Assembly (NCBI RefSeq): GCF_001194135.2
Contig: NC_068987.1
Coordinates: 27,593,580 to 27,657,579, forward strand
Direction: 5' to 3'
DNA: 64,000 nucleotides
Source: Octopus bimaculoides
Taxonomy: Eukaryota
In this document: positions 27,603 through 39,837 of the stretch, in pieces
How the letters are laid out: the number at the start of each line of letters is the position of its first letter
How positions within the stretch are numbered: the stretch's first letter is position 1
Program-made: the position numbers and the translations under genes
Notes under the pieces: model-generated
Told to the model about the DNA's origin: nothing
The model's database searches: none
Seen by the model: only the letters and a program-made list of their open reading frames with translations

Positions 27603-27794
27603 CTCTCCAACAAAATGATTCCCATTTATAGTGTGTTCTGAGCCTTTACTGTCGTTGTTAGCATAGCGTAGCTTTATTTCATAGGCTCTATATACATAAG
27701 AAAGAGGACCTTCACTAATGTTCACAACATCAGCATTTGTAGTATTGATGTCCATTACAATCCCGTGTCCGACGTTCCGAAGCGTGCCGGATAA
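27603..27794 (-). CDS. CA10: Internal coding exon (192 nt, phase 0-0) of a carbonic anhydrase-related protein, CA10/CA11-like, predicted acatalytic
   Basis: The minus strand reads ttctttttaaatttctag|TTATCC...GGAGAG|gtcagt and translates to LSGTLRNVGHGIVMDINTTNADVVNISEGPLSYVYRAYEIKLRYANNDSKGSEHTINGNHFVGE. This contains the alpha-CA GSEH motif and the CA10-type VNISxGP-x-x-Y motif. The symbol denotes family resemblance; one-to-one orthology is not established. Confidence 0.93.
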
Positions 27795-27961
27795 CTAGAA
27801 ATTTAAAAAGAATAAGAATAATAAGATATATAATCTTTACAGATGTGTAACAACACTGTGAAACATGAATTTTGTCCTTGGTAGTAACTGAAATTTCCTA
27901 TTTGCTTATCCTTTAAACGGATAAGTGGCTATTTACGTTAAATTTTGCTTTTGTAACATTT

Positions 27962-28130
27962 ATTCAAACTCCAGAGAAACTCTCTCAACACATGGCTATG
28001 ATGTTCCGTTATTACTGCTGCTCATGATCAGAGAAGCACATATGTTCAGCCAGTAAGGGATATGCTGAAGGAGTTAAGGTCAGGCGACTGACAAACAAAT
28101 CTGTGGTATTGAGTAGACTATCTGCTGTAA
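27962..28130. repeat. Internal fragment of the repeat family seen at 37946-38496
   Basis: Shares ctctcaacacatggctatgatg...catgatcagaga...ctgtggtatt with 38226-38400. Confidence 0.85.
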
Positions 28131-28357
28131 TGATATGTCTGCTTCAACAACTCATCGCTGAATTTGTATGAAATGTAATGAAGAATGGGTCGGTTTCAAA
28201 CCATTGGCGTCCAGGTCACAAAAGCAAAAATTGAAGGGAAGAGTTGTCACTTCCTTTGATTTCTAGACGGAAGCAAATAAGAAATAACACGTACTGACCA
28301 AAGAGCCAAAACAAAAAACAGAAGATTGAAAAAATTTTTAAACACTGTAATTAGCTT

Positions 28358-28687
28358 CTTGGAAACAATAAAGCTGTATAATCAGCAACGTCACCTACTC
28401 GGTTCGGCTGTTCTACATTGATAAAGAACAAATACCCTGAAACTAGTCTATGAATTCCAGACCAGCAAGGGGAAGCAGCTGACCTCCCCTGTTCGAAGGT
28501 TAAAATGTACACAGGTTCGTTTGTCACATAGCTAGCTAGAGGCGATGGCCTCTTGGAGTTAATCAGCAGCAGCATTCGTCCTATTTTTCTGGACGGCCAT
28601 GTCAGCTTGGCGATAACTATCCAGTACCGCTGGATAAATATCCAGTACCACTACCGTAGTCTCCTTTAGAGAGACTTAGAAATATTA

Positions 28688-28690
<3 letters not shown>
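28358..28690. repeat. Solo copy of the same unclassified repeat unit as 2197-3086, followed by (TA)n(TG)n
   Basis: Shares aacaaataccctgaaactagtc, ctcccctgttcgaaggtta, gaggcgatggcctcttggag and gataactatccagtacc with the copies at 2197-3086. Confidence 0.85.
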
Positions 28691-28724
<34 letters not shown>

Positions 28725-31700
28725 CGTGTGTGTGTGTGTGTGTGTATGTGTGTGTGTGTGTGTAATTATATATATATTTCAGTTGTTAATATTCAAAAGT
28801 TACTGCTTCACAACCTAACAGTTGGCGTAATATTTGATCTTTTCAACAACTTACAATTTATAATCAGAGAAAGAAAGACTTTGTGTAATTAAAATATAAT
28901 AATTATTAATGAAATTCATATGAAAGCAAGTAATATAAAACAAAATATAGTCAACTGGATTTTAAGTAAATCTTCTATATGGATTAAAAATATATCTTTC
29001 AGCAACAAACATCTAATACCGCTAAATTATTTGAGAACTTTCAGTTTAGTGATTATGATCATACAGGAATGGTCTGGAATAAATATCATGCATTATTTGT
29101 GAAGCGTATTCGAGATTCTCGACTTCTTTATAGGGTACAAATTTCCTTTATTTATCTTCGTATATATCTCTTCAATCACCTCTCACTAACTGTGTTTCTA
29201 TCACATATTCAAGCCTATATTGCAAAATGTTACAAAGTTGTTCAGATATCTCATTAACTCTGTCGATCTCATTATGTATATCAACGTTTCATTTGATATC
29301 TGCACAATAGAATGCTGAACCCATTTCAAGGAAATGGAATACTTTAATGCACTGAGCTTGACGTTTTCTTATTTTTCCTTTCGCATCAATAATAAATATG
29401 TTATTGGCACGTATTTTAAGGATTTTATCACGATGATTGGCAGCTTCCATTTGCGTCCTGTCCAACAGAAGCCACACCGTCTGCTAATGATTATTGATGG
29501 AAGCATACTTTGGTACAGGTATTCATTACTAAGCTTCTTACTAGCGTGTACTATTGAGAAATAATATTGTTATACAGATTAAAATTGAACTCGTATATGT
29601 AACATAGGATTTAATGTAAAATATAGGAAATTATGCAAAACCTTTAACGGTACACATACAATATGATCGTATTTGGTATATTTAATTTAATAACGTAAGA
29701 TGTTAACTTCACACTTACATACTAAAGACGACTGTTTCTGAAACAAAGAAACCTAGAGCATTATCTGCGTGAGCAAATCAATGTTGATCTACAGTATAAG
29801 TTATCATCAAATACATAATATGATTGCAACTTTAAGACCTATCAATAAAAGAGGTTCTTGCGAGCAACGCATTTCACTAACGATATATTTATTTATGACA
29901 GCGACCTTTGTCCTTTCGTCAAATATCGCGATTATAGTATATTTCCAATACGTATTTGTTACATAATTATATAGTAAAACATACTTATAAGTAATATACC
30001 GAGTTATTATAATCAACTAAGCGAATGATGTTGTACAGTTATACAACATATATGAATTGATTGAATGATGAGTTCATAGTCCCCTGTAACTATTTTCTGA
30101 AATCTTTCTAAATTATTTAATATTTTAAAGTTACCTCATTATTGTAGTGTTATATTCTTAAAGTTCTTCTTAGTTTTGCAACTTGGTATATTTTATTTGA
30201 ATGTACTAACATGAAACAAACAGGTATATTTTTTATGAAATAACTCAAGAGCACTTCATAAAAGACAGCTGCATTAGGCGGTAGATATACCAGGTTAGAT
30301 ATACACTTACCAAAAGGATCTACCGAATATTGCTTGTAATATAAATACCGTTTGAAGGCGGAATGGATCGTTGGCACCTGCAGCGTCTTTGATCACACGT
30401 TTGTTTGATGTGTATTGATTTGAACCTACACAATGTTAACGAGTATTAAGTTAGGTATTCCATAAGTTACTCGAAACGGAGCAAGTCAACTTGCAATGGG
30501 TGCTAAACAATATTTAATTATTATTTTGGTTATCGCATTAAAAATATGAACCTAAATTACACATTCATCCGTATTACACATTCATGCATTGGAGGTAGTA
30601 AAATTACTCCAAATGATTCTAACGTTCTCTTAATGATTAACTGCGCAAATCTGTGATGTCATATATATGCATCTGATCGTATCTTCAACTACATTTTATC
30701 TCCCCCTTGTAAACATAAGGACACAGGAAATGTGTCAAGTCCGACAGGAAGCGGTGCAGCTTCCTAGGTCTAACCAACAGTAGTATTATTCCCTTCAGAG
30801 GACTGTCACATTAAGTTGACTGCATACAACTACTACATTTTTATTATATATAGCATTTTTATCTATATAGTTTGTGATATGAGCGTAAATTATTGAACAC
30901 AAGGTTCTATGGAAATAATTCAGAAATAATTCTGAAGAAAGTAAAGACGGACGAAATACCGCTAGGTACTTTTCCCTGCGTACCCACGATTCTGCCAGCT
31001 TGTCGCTTTATATGCAATATCAAATAAAATGACAATATACTCTTTTTTTTATTAATGCGTTGCAATGACCACTATCTCAAACAATCGAAAGTTTGAAATA
31101 GCCAATACTTAAAGAAGTCATTAAAGAAAAAGAATTTACTGCATTGACAGGTATCTTTGAAAACTTTGCCCAGCTAACGCATTAGATCCTGAGTAGTAGA
31201 GACATAGGCTGCGTTGTAGAACAAGTCACAGAAATACATAATGGACATGATGACAACTGAGTTGTGTAATGAAAAGAAAGGAGGGATATGTCATCGTCAT
31301 TTCCTTTCATTTTATAAACTTCTTGCTTGATATTCTCAGCATAGGAAATGCAGGTCTGGTAATAAGAGATGATAAAGTGCGTGATGACTACCCAAGTGCA
31401 GCCTCTGTTAATATGTCAAAAGATAAGAAACAAGACCAAGAACTACGAGATATAATACTGAAAGAAGTGTTTAACAAACATAAAATATTCCCGCAACGCA
31501 CAAAAAAAAAAAAAAGAAACAGGTTGCTAGTTATCTATTGAAATAAATCTGAACAGAAGACACGACTTAAGAAAATAGTACAACGGTATGAGCAGTGAAC
31601 GGATAACCGTGGTAATTTGGAAGAAGTCTTCTGATATAAGTTTTCTTCAAACCCATCAGCATACGTTTTGGATGCATCTCGCAAGTCATGCACCATGTTA

Positions 31701-32616
31701 AATTTGTCATTATTTTTTATGGAAGCCCATCCATACATTAACGTGATTAGATTAGTTTCCACAGTAAATGCCAGTCATTGATAGGTTATGACACCAGGTT
31801 ATTGTCACATCAGGGAAAATAGGTTTTCGTGCAGTTTGGAAGCAGTTTATATTCCAAAGAAATTTACACCGGTGAATACTATGTTGATCTCCTGAGATTG
31901 AAAATTTTAAATTTTCTGTCACAAGACCAGGAACAGAGAAAATACTGCCAATATAAAATGCCTTTGGACTTGCATCCTAAAAACAATATCTTTTAAGCAT
32001 GCATTTGGATTAGTGATTGTAAACCTCAGTTGTTTTTACAAGGAACACTTGCAATTATGATGATTTGAAAATGACAAGAAGTAACTCCCAGTTTGGACAG
32101 CAATCTTTTTTGCTAAGTGTTATTTGAATCTCGATTTAAAATGTTTCTGCACAAAAAGAAGTTCCTTGTGTAAGCGTTAAAAATTAAAATTGGAATCCAA
32201 GTTGTTGGACGATTAGATATACGCTGTAATAAATCATTTACAACTAAATTCCAAACAAAGTAACTCAATATTCATCCAAATTCGTATGAGCATTAAAAAA
32301 TCATTATGCTGTCTGAAATTTACATAAACTTTTTTTAATACCTTTGTTTAAACTTTAACTTCTTTAAACTTAGTCTTTGTTCAGTTCAGGAAGTGAACTT
32401 AATAATTCACGTATATCATGTTTAGTATATATTATTGGAAATTATACTGATATTTTTGGTTCTTGGACAATTTAATTAGTGAAGGCGCATGGCATAAAGG
32501 ATACGGTTTGCGGCACACAATTGTAAGGTTGTGCGTTCTATTCCCGGTGACGTATTTTGTTCTTCAGCAAAACCCTTTATTTCAAGTTGCTCCAGTCTAT
32601 TCTTAACGTATATATA

Positions 32617-32975
32617 TCTTGTATCTTCTGCTTGTTTCAGTAATTACACTGCGAATCGACACCAGTATTTATTATTTTTTTATGCCTGGTACGCATTTTA
32701 TCGGACTCTTTGCCGAACAGCTTAGTAACAAGGACGTAAACACATTAACACCGGCTGTGAAGCGGTGGTGAAGGATAACCATAAGTAAAACGACACACAC
32801 ATGCACACACATACATATATACAAGGGTCTTTTTCAGTTTCCAACTCACAGATATGTTCACTAGGTTTTGGTTGGCCCGAGGCTTTCCTAGGAGACGCCG
32901 AAGGTGTCACGCAGTGGGATTGAACCCAGAACTATATGATTAGGAAGTAATTTTCTTACTACACAGTCACTCCTG
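32617..32975 (-). mobile_element. Decayed family B SINE
   Basis: cttgtttcag, ttgccgaac, tttcagtttcc and cacgcagtgggattgaaccc motifs in the same order as at 39443. Confidence 0.8.
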
Positions 32976-33599
32976 TATATATACACATGTCGGTGTGTGC
33001 ATGTGCACATATGTTCTTGTATATGACAATGAGTGCCGATACCTGTTTCATATATTAACTTCAGTGAGATATATATTGATATTGGAGATTTAACCGATAG
33101 TATTAAATTCTATAATTTTTAGCCACATTTACAGTTTACACTATATGATGTTTGTACACATTTTGCTTTAATTAATCATGAAATCCAGCAAATAGTCCAT
33201 ATTCTACTGTTACCACTTTGCACACTTGATCATATAATTATTTCATTTCTTCGTCTCTAGGCATATCGTGTTTAATGTTCTTTTAATATCCAGTGTCCTC
33301 CATCTTACCACAAGGGACTATTTCCTTACCCTATTACAAGTCTTATTACGAACAATCATTTGCCAAATTGCTAATCTTTAGCTTTCACAGAATTTCATGA
33401 CTATCAATCTCTTCTCTGAAACTTTCAATTGTCACCATTTCGTTTGATGATGGCAATGCTTATTTTTTATACCACGTATTGACATGATTTTCCATTATAA
33501 TTTAGGGCAGTATGCCTAACGATATTCGGTAAAAGCTTATCACTATTTGGCATGCACTTTTGCGTTCTTTTCAGCTTTTTCGATGCTTAGTTTATTTTG

Positions 33600-33805
33600 T
33601 GTTTCTGGCCCTCACACAGTTTGATAACTGACGTTGTTTTATTTACCTCTACGTAACTTAGCGGTTTGGCAAAAGAAAGCCTATAGAACAAGTACCAGAC
33701 TTGAACATTATATGAAGGGGCGTCGGTTTGTTCGACTAAAAACCCTTCAAGTCAGTGCACCCGCACGGCCATAGCCCAATGATTGAAACAAGGGAAACAT
33801 AAAAG
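33600..33805 (+). mobile_element. 3' half of a decayed family B SINE
   Basis: cgtaacttagcggtttggcaaaaga...aagtaccag...gattgaaacaag. Confidence 0.65.
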
Positions 33806-34939
33806 TTACTTCTAGGTTGAGATACAAGCAACAGCTCAAAAAACTTCAATTTTTCACACTATGTTCACGTAAGCCATTAAAAGATGTATTTCCATATTAT
33901 TCAGTTTTTTCCTAATTATGATATTTAGATACAAGTATATCTATTTCTTCAGAAATAGATATTTGTTTAATATTGAAAGGCTTTGTCATCACTATGCATT
34001 TTTTATCATTGTTCTCAGAAATGGTAATATTTATTCAATTATTCTAAAAGTAACTCTTATGAAAGTAGAGACAGTATTCTATATTATCAATACTGAAACG
34101 ATCAAAATTTTGATTCTATGATGGTAGTAAAATCAAAAGCTTAGTTTCAATCCTATATATTTTAGATCATATTTGTCTTCTTTGAACAACCAGGAGGCAC
34201 ACATTCTTCTTATTAATGGACATAGCACTGTCATAGATTATAACAGTATCATTGTAAACATGCCTGGGAACATTATTCTGTAAGATATAAGATTCTCTAG
34301 GAAGTTTTATCTTACCACTGCTCAATCGCTTTAACGTAACTCATAACTTTATATCTATGAATACGATTGCAGCAAAAATAAATAGTATAAACATTTTTTT
34401 AAAAAATCATTATATCACTAATAATATTGATGCAAATATGACTGGCGTCGGTATGGGATTACTGCTAATTAACAACCCTACGTTGCAGAGATGAATGTGG
34501 GAAGGGAGTGATACTAACTTAAGTGTTTAATCAAATTAGATGGAAGAAACTAAATTGAGCATCAAGTATATTGTAGTTCTTACAGCTGGAGCATGTTTTG
34601 AAAAGCTGTTTATTTATTTGCTCTTTTTACATACTGCTGTGCCAGTGTATAGAAACTGTTTGCTGATGAAACCAACTCTGGCAATTTAATCTCAGAAATG
34701 CCTGATGCATTGTTATGCTTCCCTTCGTACTACAAATGTTATTAATGCGGAAACTACAGTTGCCGCCTTCTTCACCCGTTGGTGAATGAACGTAGCAGGC
34801 AATGCTGATCGGAGCTGGGATGTAAGCACGTATATTGCATTGTCAAAGCAAAACTGAAATAATTCAAATTAAAGAATCGAGAAATCAGGTTAATATAGAT
34901 AAAATTAATTCACTGGCTTCGCAACTAAATAAATGGAAT

Positions 34940-35210
34940 TTACAACAGAGAATAGAGATGTGAGTAGATAATGAAAGATAGATAAAAAAGAGAAAAAGGA
35001 AGACAAGCACGTGGAGCTGGGAGAATGGAGAATCGAAAGAAATGTGAGGGAAATATAAAATAGGAAAGTGAGGTGAATAAAAAGTAAAAAATAAAATAAA
35101 AGCAAGTAATTAAAATGAACAAAAACATTGAATAAAAAGGGAGTGGGAAAGAAGAGGGAAATATAGAATAGGAAACGAAAGAGTTTTAAAGCAGCGGGAA
35201 AAAAATGTAG
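34940..35210. repeat. Purine-rich low-complexity tract
   Basis: Almost entirely A/G on the plus strand; explains the F/L/S-rich spurious minus-strand ORFs. Confidence 0.8.
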
Positions 35211-35829
35211 ATATACAAACAAATAATGTTAAGGATAACAAAAGCAACAGGCAATAAATTAAAAACAAGATTGCAACGCAAAACTACAGTTGTAATTCCA
35301 TTTGATTCTGTGTTTTTTTTTTCTTGCAAATCCTTTCCGTTGAATACTAATTGTAATTCATCATGCTGGCTACTACTAGACTTTAGATATAATTTAGTCA
35401 ATTACAACAAAGAGAAGTCTTAGCTAAATTCAATAATGCAGTAGATATATATCATTTTTGTTAAGTTTATGTACACCCAAAAATATTAGAAGGTGCGTAC
35501 TGGGAAAACTATAATAAGTAATTTTATGGTTGGTTCATTTGTAGCAAATGTTGATTCTAAGAATGCAATATGAAACAATACAAAAGTAAAAGCATTTAAA
35601 TATTTAACATAAATATAATTAAGAATATATAGAAAGACCTACATAAATATTAAACTAAAATATATATGCACTAAAATGCGTGCCCATAGCTCAAAATGCA
35701 CACCATACATACAAAGTACATGTACAGAAACTGATATATATATNNNNNNNNNNNNNNNNNNNNNNNNNNNNNNNNNNNNNNNNNNNNNNNNNNNNNNNNN
35801 NNNNNNNNNNNNNNNNNNNNNNNNNNNNN

Positions 35830-35877
<48 letters not shown>

Positions 35878-36583
35878 GTAGATAGATAGATAGATAGATA
35901 GATAGATACATAGATAGATAGATACATAGATAGATACGTGTGTGTTTGTGTTAGCGCTTGCAGAGACAACACAGAGAAAATGAATATAAATATCATCAAG
36001 GTCTCTATTTAAAACTATGTAAAAATGAAAACGCATGTAAATTGTTGATCGATTAAAAATACACTGGATGTTTCATCATAATCTTCTTTGTAATAAACAC
36101 ACCGTCTGAAGTTCCTAATTTTAAACAATATTCAAACAGAAAATATTAATACTTTAACAAAATACTATCGTTCTCTTTTTGTGCATATCGTTTTTCAGAT
36201 ATTTAATCTATGAATTCATATATGCATCTACCGATCTAAGTATTCCTTTCTTACTTTCTTTCTTTCTTTCTTTCTTTCTGTCTGTGTTTCTTTCTTCTCC
36301 CCCTCTCTCTCTATTTCTCTAATTGTGGTGCTCTCTGTTTCTCTTTCTCTCATAATATAAACACACCTTGCCACGATTGTGTTGTGTTGTACTGTATTGC
36401 GTGCGCGCGTGCCTGCATGAGTGAGCATGTGATGTGTTTCAGCATGACTCTGCATGAAACTTTCGGTGTCGCATTAACACACACTGTTCTATTAAAAGAC
36501 GGATATCAGCTACAATGCACTAAGTGCACCAATGGGTGTTGATTATTCACTTTCTTCCGTCTTAACTTTTGTGTGAATATATA

Positions 36584-37060
36584 TGAGGGGAAGTAAAAAA
36601 TTATCCGCACTTTCGCTATAACTTTATATCTTTATCATTGTCGCACAGCCTTCTGCGCATGCGTGTTTATAGTTGGTACTATAGTGGTCATGTTAGCGAA
36701 ATTTGAGCCTGATCGTGCTCATTTGCTTTCTGGGTTTACAGAGTAAACATAGTCGCTCCACTAACAATATGCACCAAGGAACAAAGAGCAGTGATCCCAG
36801 AGAGGGTAATGGTAAATCGGTTCACCATTACCATCTTTCGGGCTTGCTGAATCTTCTCCTCAGTGGCGGAGGTTGACGGACGTCCTGCACCCTCTTCGTG
36901 CGTTACGCTTGTCTGGCTACTTTTAAACATCTCGATCCTCATACACACTTCTACGCGGTAGTGAACTGTGCCCGTATTGTGCTAAAAGCCTCTGATGATT
37001 TTCAGCACCTGACAAACCTTCCGACTAGAGAAATCGGATCAATGCTCTTTGTTCTTCTTT
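36584..37060. mobile_element. Rearranged irritans-like mariner: plus-strand 5' end joined to an inverted piece of the transposase N-terminus
   Basis: TA then tgaggggaagtaaaaaattatccgcac (TIR-like). Plus strand reads IVAPLTICTKEQRAVI. Minus strand reads EEQRALIRFL*SEGLSGAENHQRLL...EMFKSSQTSVTHEEGAGRPSTS...MVNR. Confidence 0.85.
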
Positions 37061-37908
37061 ATATATATATATATATATATATATAAACACATCAAAATTC
37101 AGCACATGTGTATGTACGTGTATACCGCTATAGATGGATAGATATTTTTCAATGTACCGTCTATATGCCTTTCTCTCTCTCCCCCTCTCTCTCTTTCTCT
37201 CTCTATGTATCAATTTGTTCACCTGCAGAACATGTCTAAGCACCCACATAGATAAAAAGGATGCCTAATTTTATACTTCAAAGCGGACGGGTGGCATAAT
37301 CTATGCAGACTGATAGTGAAACCGCTATAGAAAATAGAGCCACATATATTATATACTTGCATATAGCTTTCACCAACGCATAAAATAGCAAGTATTGCAC
37401 TCCCTTTTTAATGAGCTGAAATATATCGCAAAACAACAACGTTGGACTGAAATATATGGCAAAACAACGTTTATGAACTGAAATACTTAACAAAAGAAAC
37501 TTTTGTACTGCAAACGTTTCAAACGTATTTTAAACTTTCATATTCCAAAAAATGGAACGTTTGAAAATAAGATCTATATATCATTACACTCTAATATGGT
37601 TAATCGCTTATTACAGTTCTTGGATGTATAGCCGTAATGAATCTAATATTATTGGCTCAAAAGAACATCCTTTATGTCTTAGATCTTCCTCGTCAATACA
37701 GAATGCAACGACTGTCTAAACATTGAAAAATTATTTCTATGTACTTTGCAAAGAGGGATGAATATCAGCTTATTACAATTATGTCATGCAATTTTAATTA
37801 AACATTTAAGGAATTATGGATCAGATGCCCGAATACTGATATGTATTTGATATATGCTATATAATGTTGATTATTTTTAATTACGTGCGTAATTATTATC
37901 ATTATTAC

Positions 37909-37945
<37 letters not shown>

Positions 37946-38496
37946 GAGAGAGCGGTGCATACCATTAAAGTGATACTGGGGTAAAATATACGAAGCCCAG
38001 TATACCTATCATGACTGCCCGTCTGATAAGGGTACACCAGGCACATGCATCACAACCATATGTGCGCGACATGGTGATATCATATCAAGATAAACAGTGC
38101 ATGACATTGTAAGTAGGGCTCAGTTAGAATTTTCTTCAAGTCGAGTAGCCCATCCCGCTCAAAAGGTCCCTGATTAAGGGTTGAGTATGAATATTGAACA
38201 AAACACCCATTTTGCCAAAGGTGAATCATCCAAACCCCAAAGAATTCCTCTCAACACATGGCTATGATGCTCCCCCACTACTTCTGATCATGATCAGAGA
38301 TGCACATATGGTCAACCACCAAGGGACATGCTCAACCGGTTAAGGTCAAACAACTGACAAGCAAACCTGTGGTATTAAGCAGAATATTTGCTGGTGCCCA
38401 TCTTTTATACCAAGACAAAACAATGTACATGATAACACTTCCAATCAATTAATATCAGAAACCATGAGAGCCACTGCCTGGTACTGCATCCGGGCA
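37946..38496. mobile_element. Unclassified ~550-bp interspersed repeat flanked on both sides by (ATT)n
   Basis: (TAT)n ends at 37945 and (TTA)n resumes at about 38497. There is a second partial copy at 27962-28130 and no ORF. Confidence 0.75.
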
Positions 38497-39310
38497 TTTA
38501 TTATTATTATTGCTGTTGTTATTATTATTATTATTATTATCTATTGCATAATTATATCAACTTAATGTAATATAAGTTTGCCTCGTATTATGTATTGTTT
38601 CTGTTTCGTTGTCTTGACTAAAATTTAAATGATTTAATGCTTTAGGTAATACAGACTTTATTTTATCAACGAACTGATATATTTTGTTCTATTTTTGTTG
38701 TAATCAGCAAAAAGTTATTAATTAAAAATGGTTGGAAAAAATTGAGAAACAGCAGTTATAAATTTCAAAGGAAACGTGGTTACGTTTCAAAGTGTTCAGA
38801 CAACAATTTGAATATCATGCAAACATATTGAATTATATAATATACTAATCAGTTACGACCACGAAAAATGGAGTATTAAAAGTACATTTCTACCAAATCA
38901 TATATGAAGGGGAATATCGTTGTGGTTATGTGGTCTAACCAATTGTTTTTTGTACGAAGAAAACAACATAACACCATATGAGATGTCTATACAGATACAC
39001 AAGCACGCACAAGGAAAGGCCACACTCACATGCACGCATGCACACACACATACACACACTTACACACACACAGATATTATTGTATATATGTGTATGTATA
39101 TCTGAATATCATGTATGCTCGTTTACAGCAAACTTTTTGAATATGCATATAAAAACTCCTATTCTATTATACCGGCTATAGCCTAATGATGCCAACTGGC
39201 GATACCAGATTTTCACGGTCGCAACGGGCTGTTTCAATATAATGTATGATAAATATAGTAATATATATATATATATGTGTGGGTGTGTGTGTGTGTGTGT
39301 GTTTGTATGT

Positions 39311-39418
<108 letters not shown>

Positions 39419-39442
39419 TTGTATGTATATATATGTATGTAT

Positions 39443-39837
39443 CTCTTTTACTCTTTTACATGTTTCAGTCATTTGACTGCGGCCATGCTGGAGCACCGCC
39501 TTTAGTCGAGCAAATCGACCCCGGGACTTATTCTTTGTAAGCCTAGTACTTATTCTATCGGTCTCTTTTGCCGAACCGCTAGATGGTGGGAACACAAACA
39601 CACCAGCATCGGTTGTCAAGCAATGCTAGGGGGACAAACCCACACACACAAACACAGACACAAACACACACATATAAATATACATATATACATATATACG
39701 ACGGGCTTCTTTCAGTTTCCGTCTACCAAATCCACTCACAAGGCTTTGGTCGGCCCGAGGCTATAGTAGAAGACACTTGCCCAAGGTGCCACGCAGTGGG
39801 ACTGAACCCGGAACCATGTGGTTGGTAAGCAAGCTAC
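39443..39837 (-). mobile_element. Well-preserved family B SINE; 5' tip falls in the gap
   Basis: Reverse complement gtagcttgcttaccaaccacatggttccgggttcagtccc (B-box-like) then ccttgggcaagtg, which resembles the start of the CORE domain. Has an internal microsatellite. Confidence 0.92.

Noticed and set aside
29400-29520. Possible pogo/Tigger transposase scrap (CGFCWTGRKWKLPIIVIK)
   Set aside because: Too short and degenerate to distinguish from chance.
30311-30377. 67-nt candidate exon with cag| and |gtaagt on the minus strand
   Set aside because: It has a weak pyrimidine tract, no CA similarity, and a TAG in the frame needed to join the phase-0 exon at 27794.
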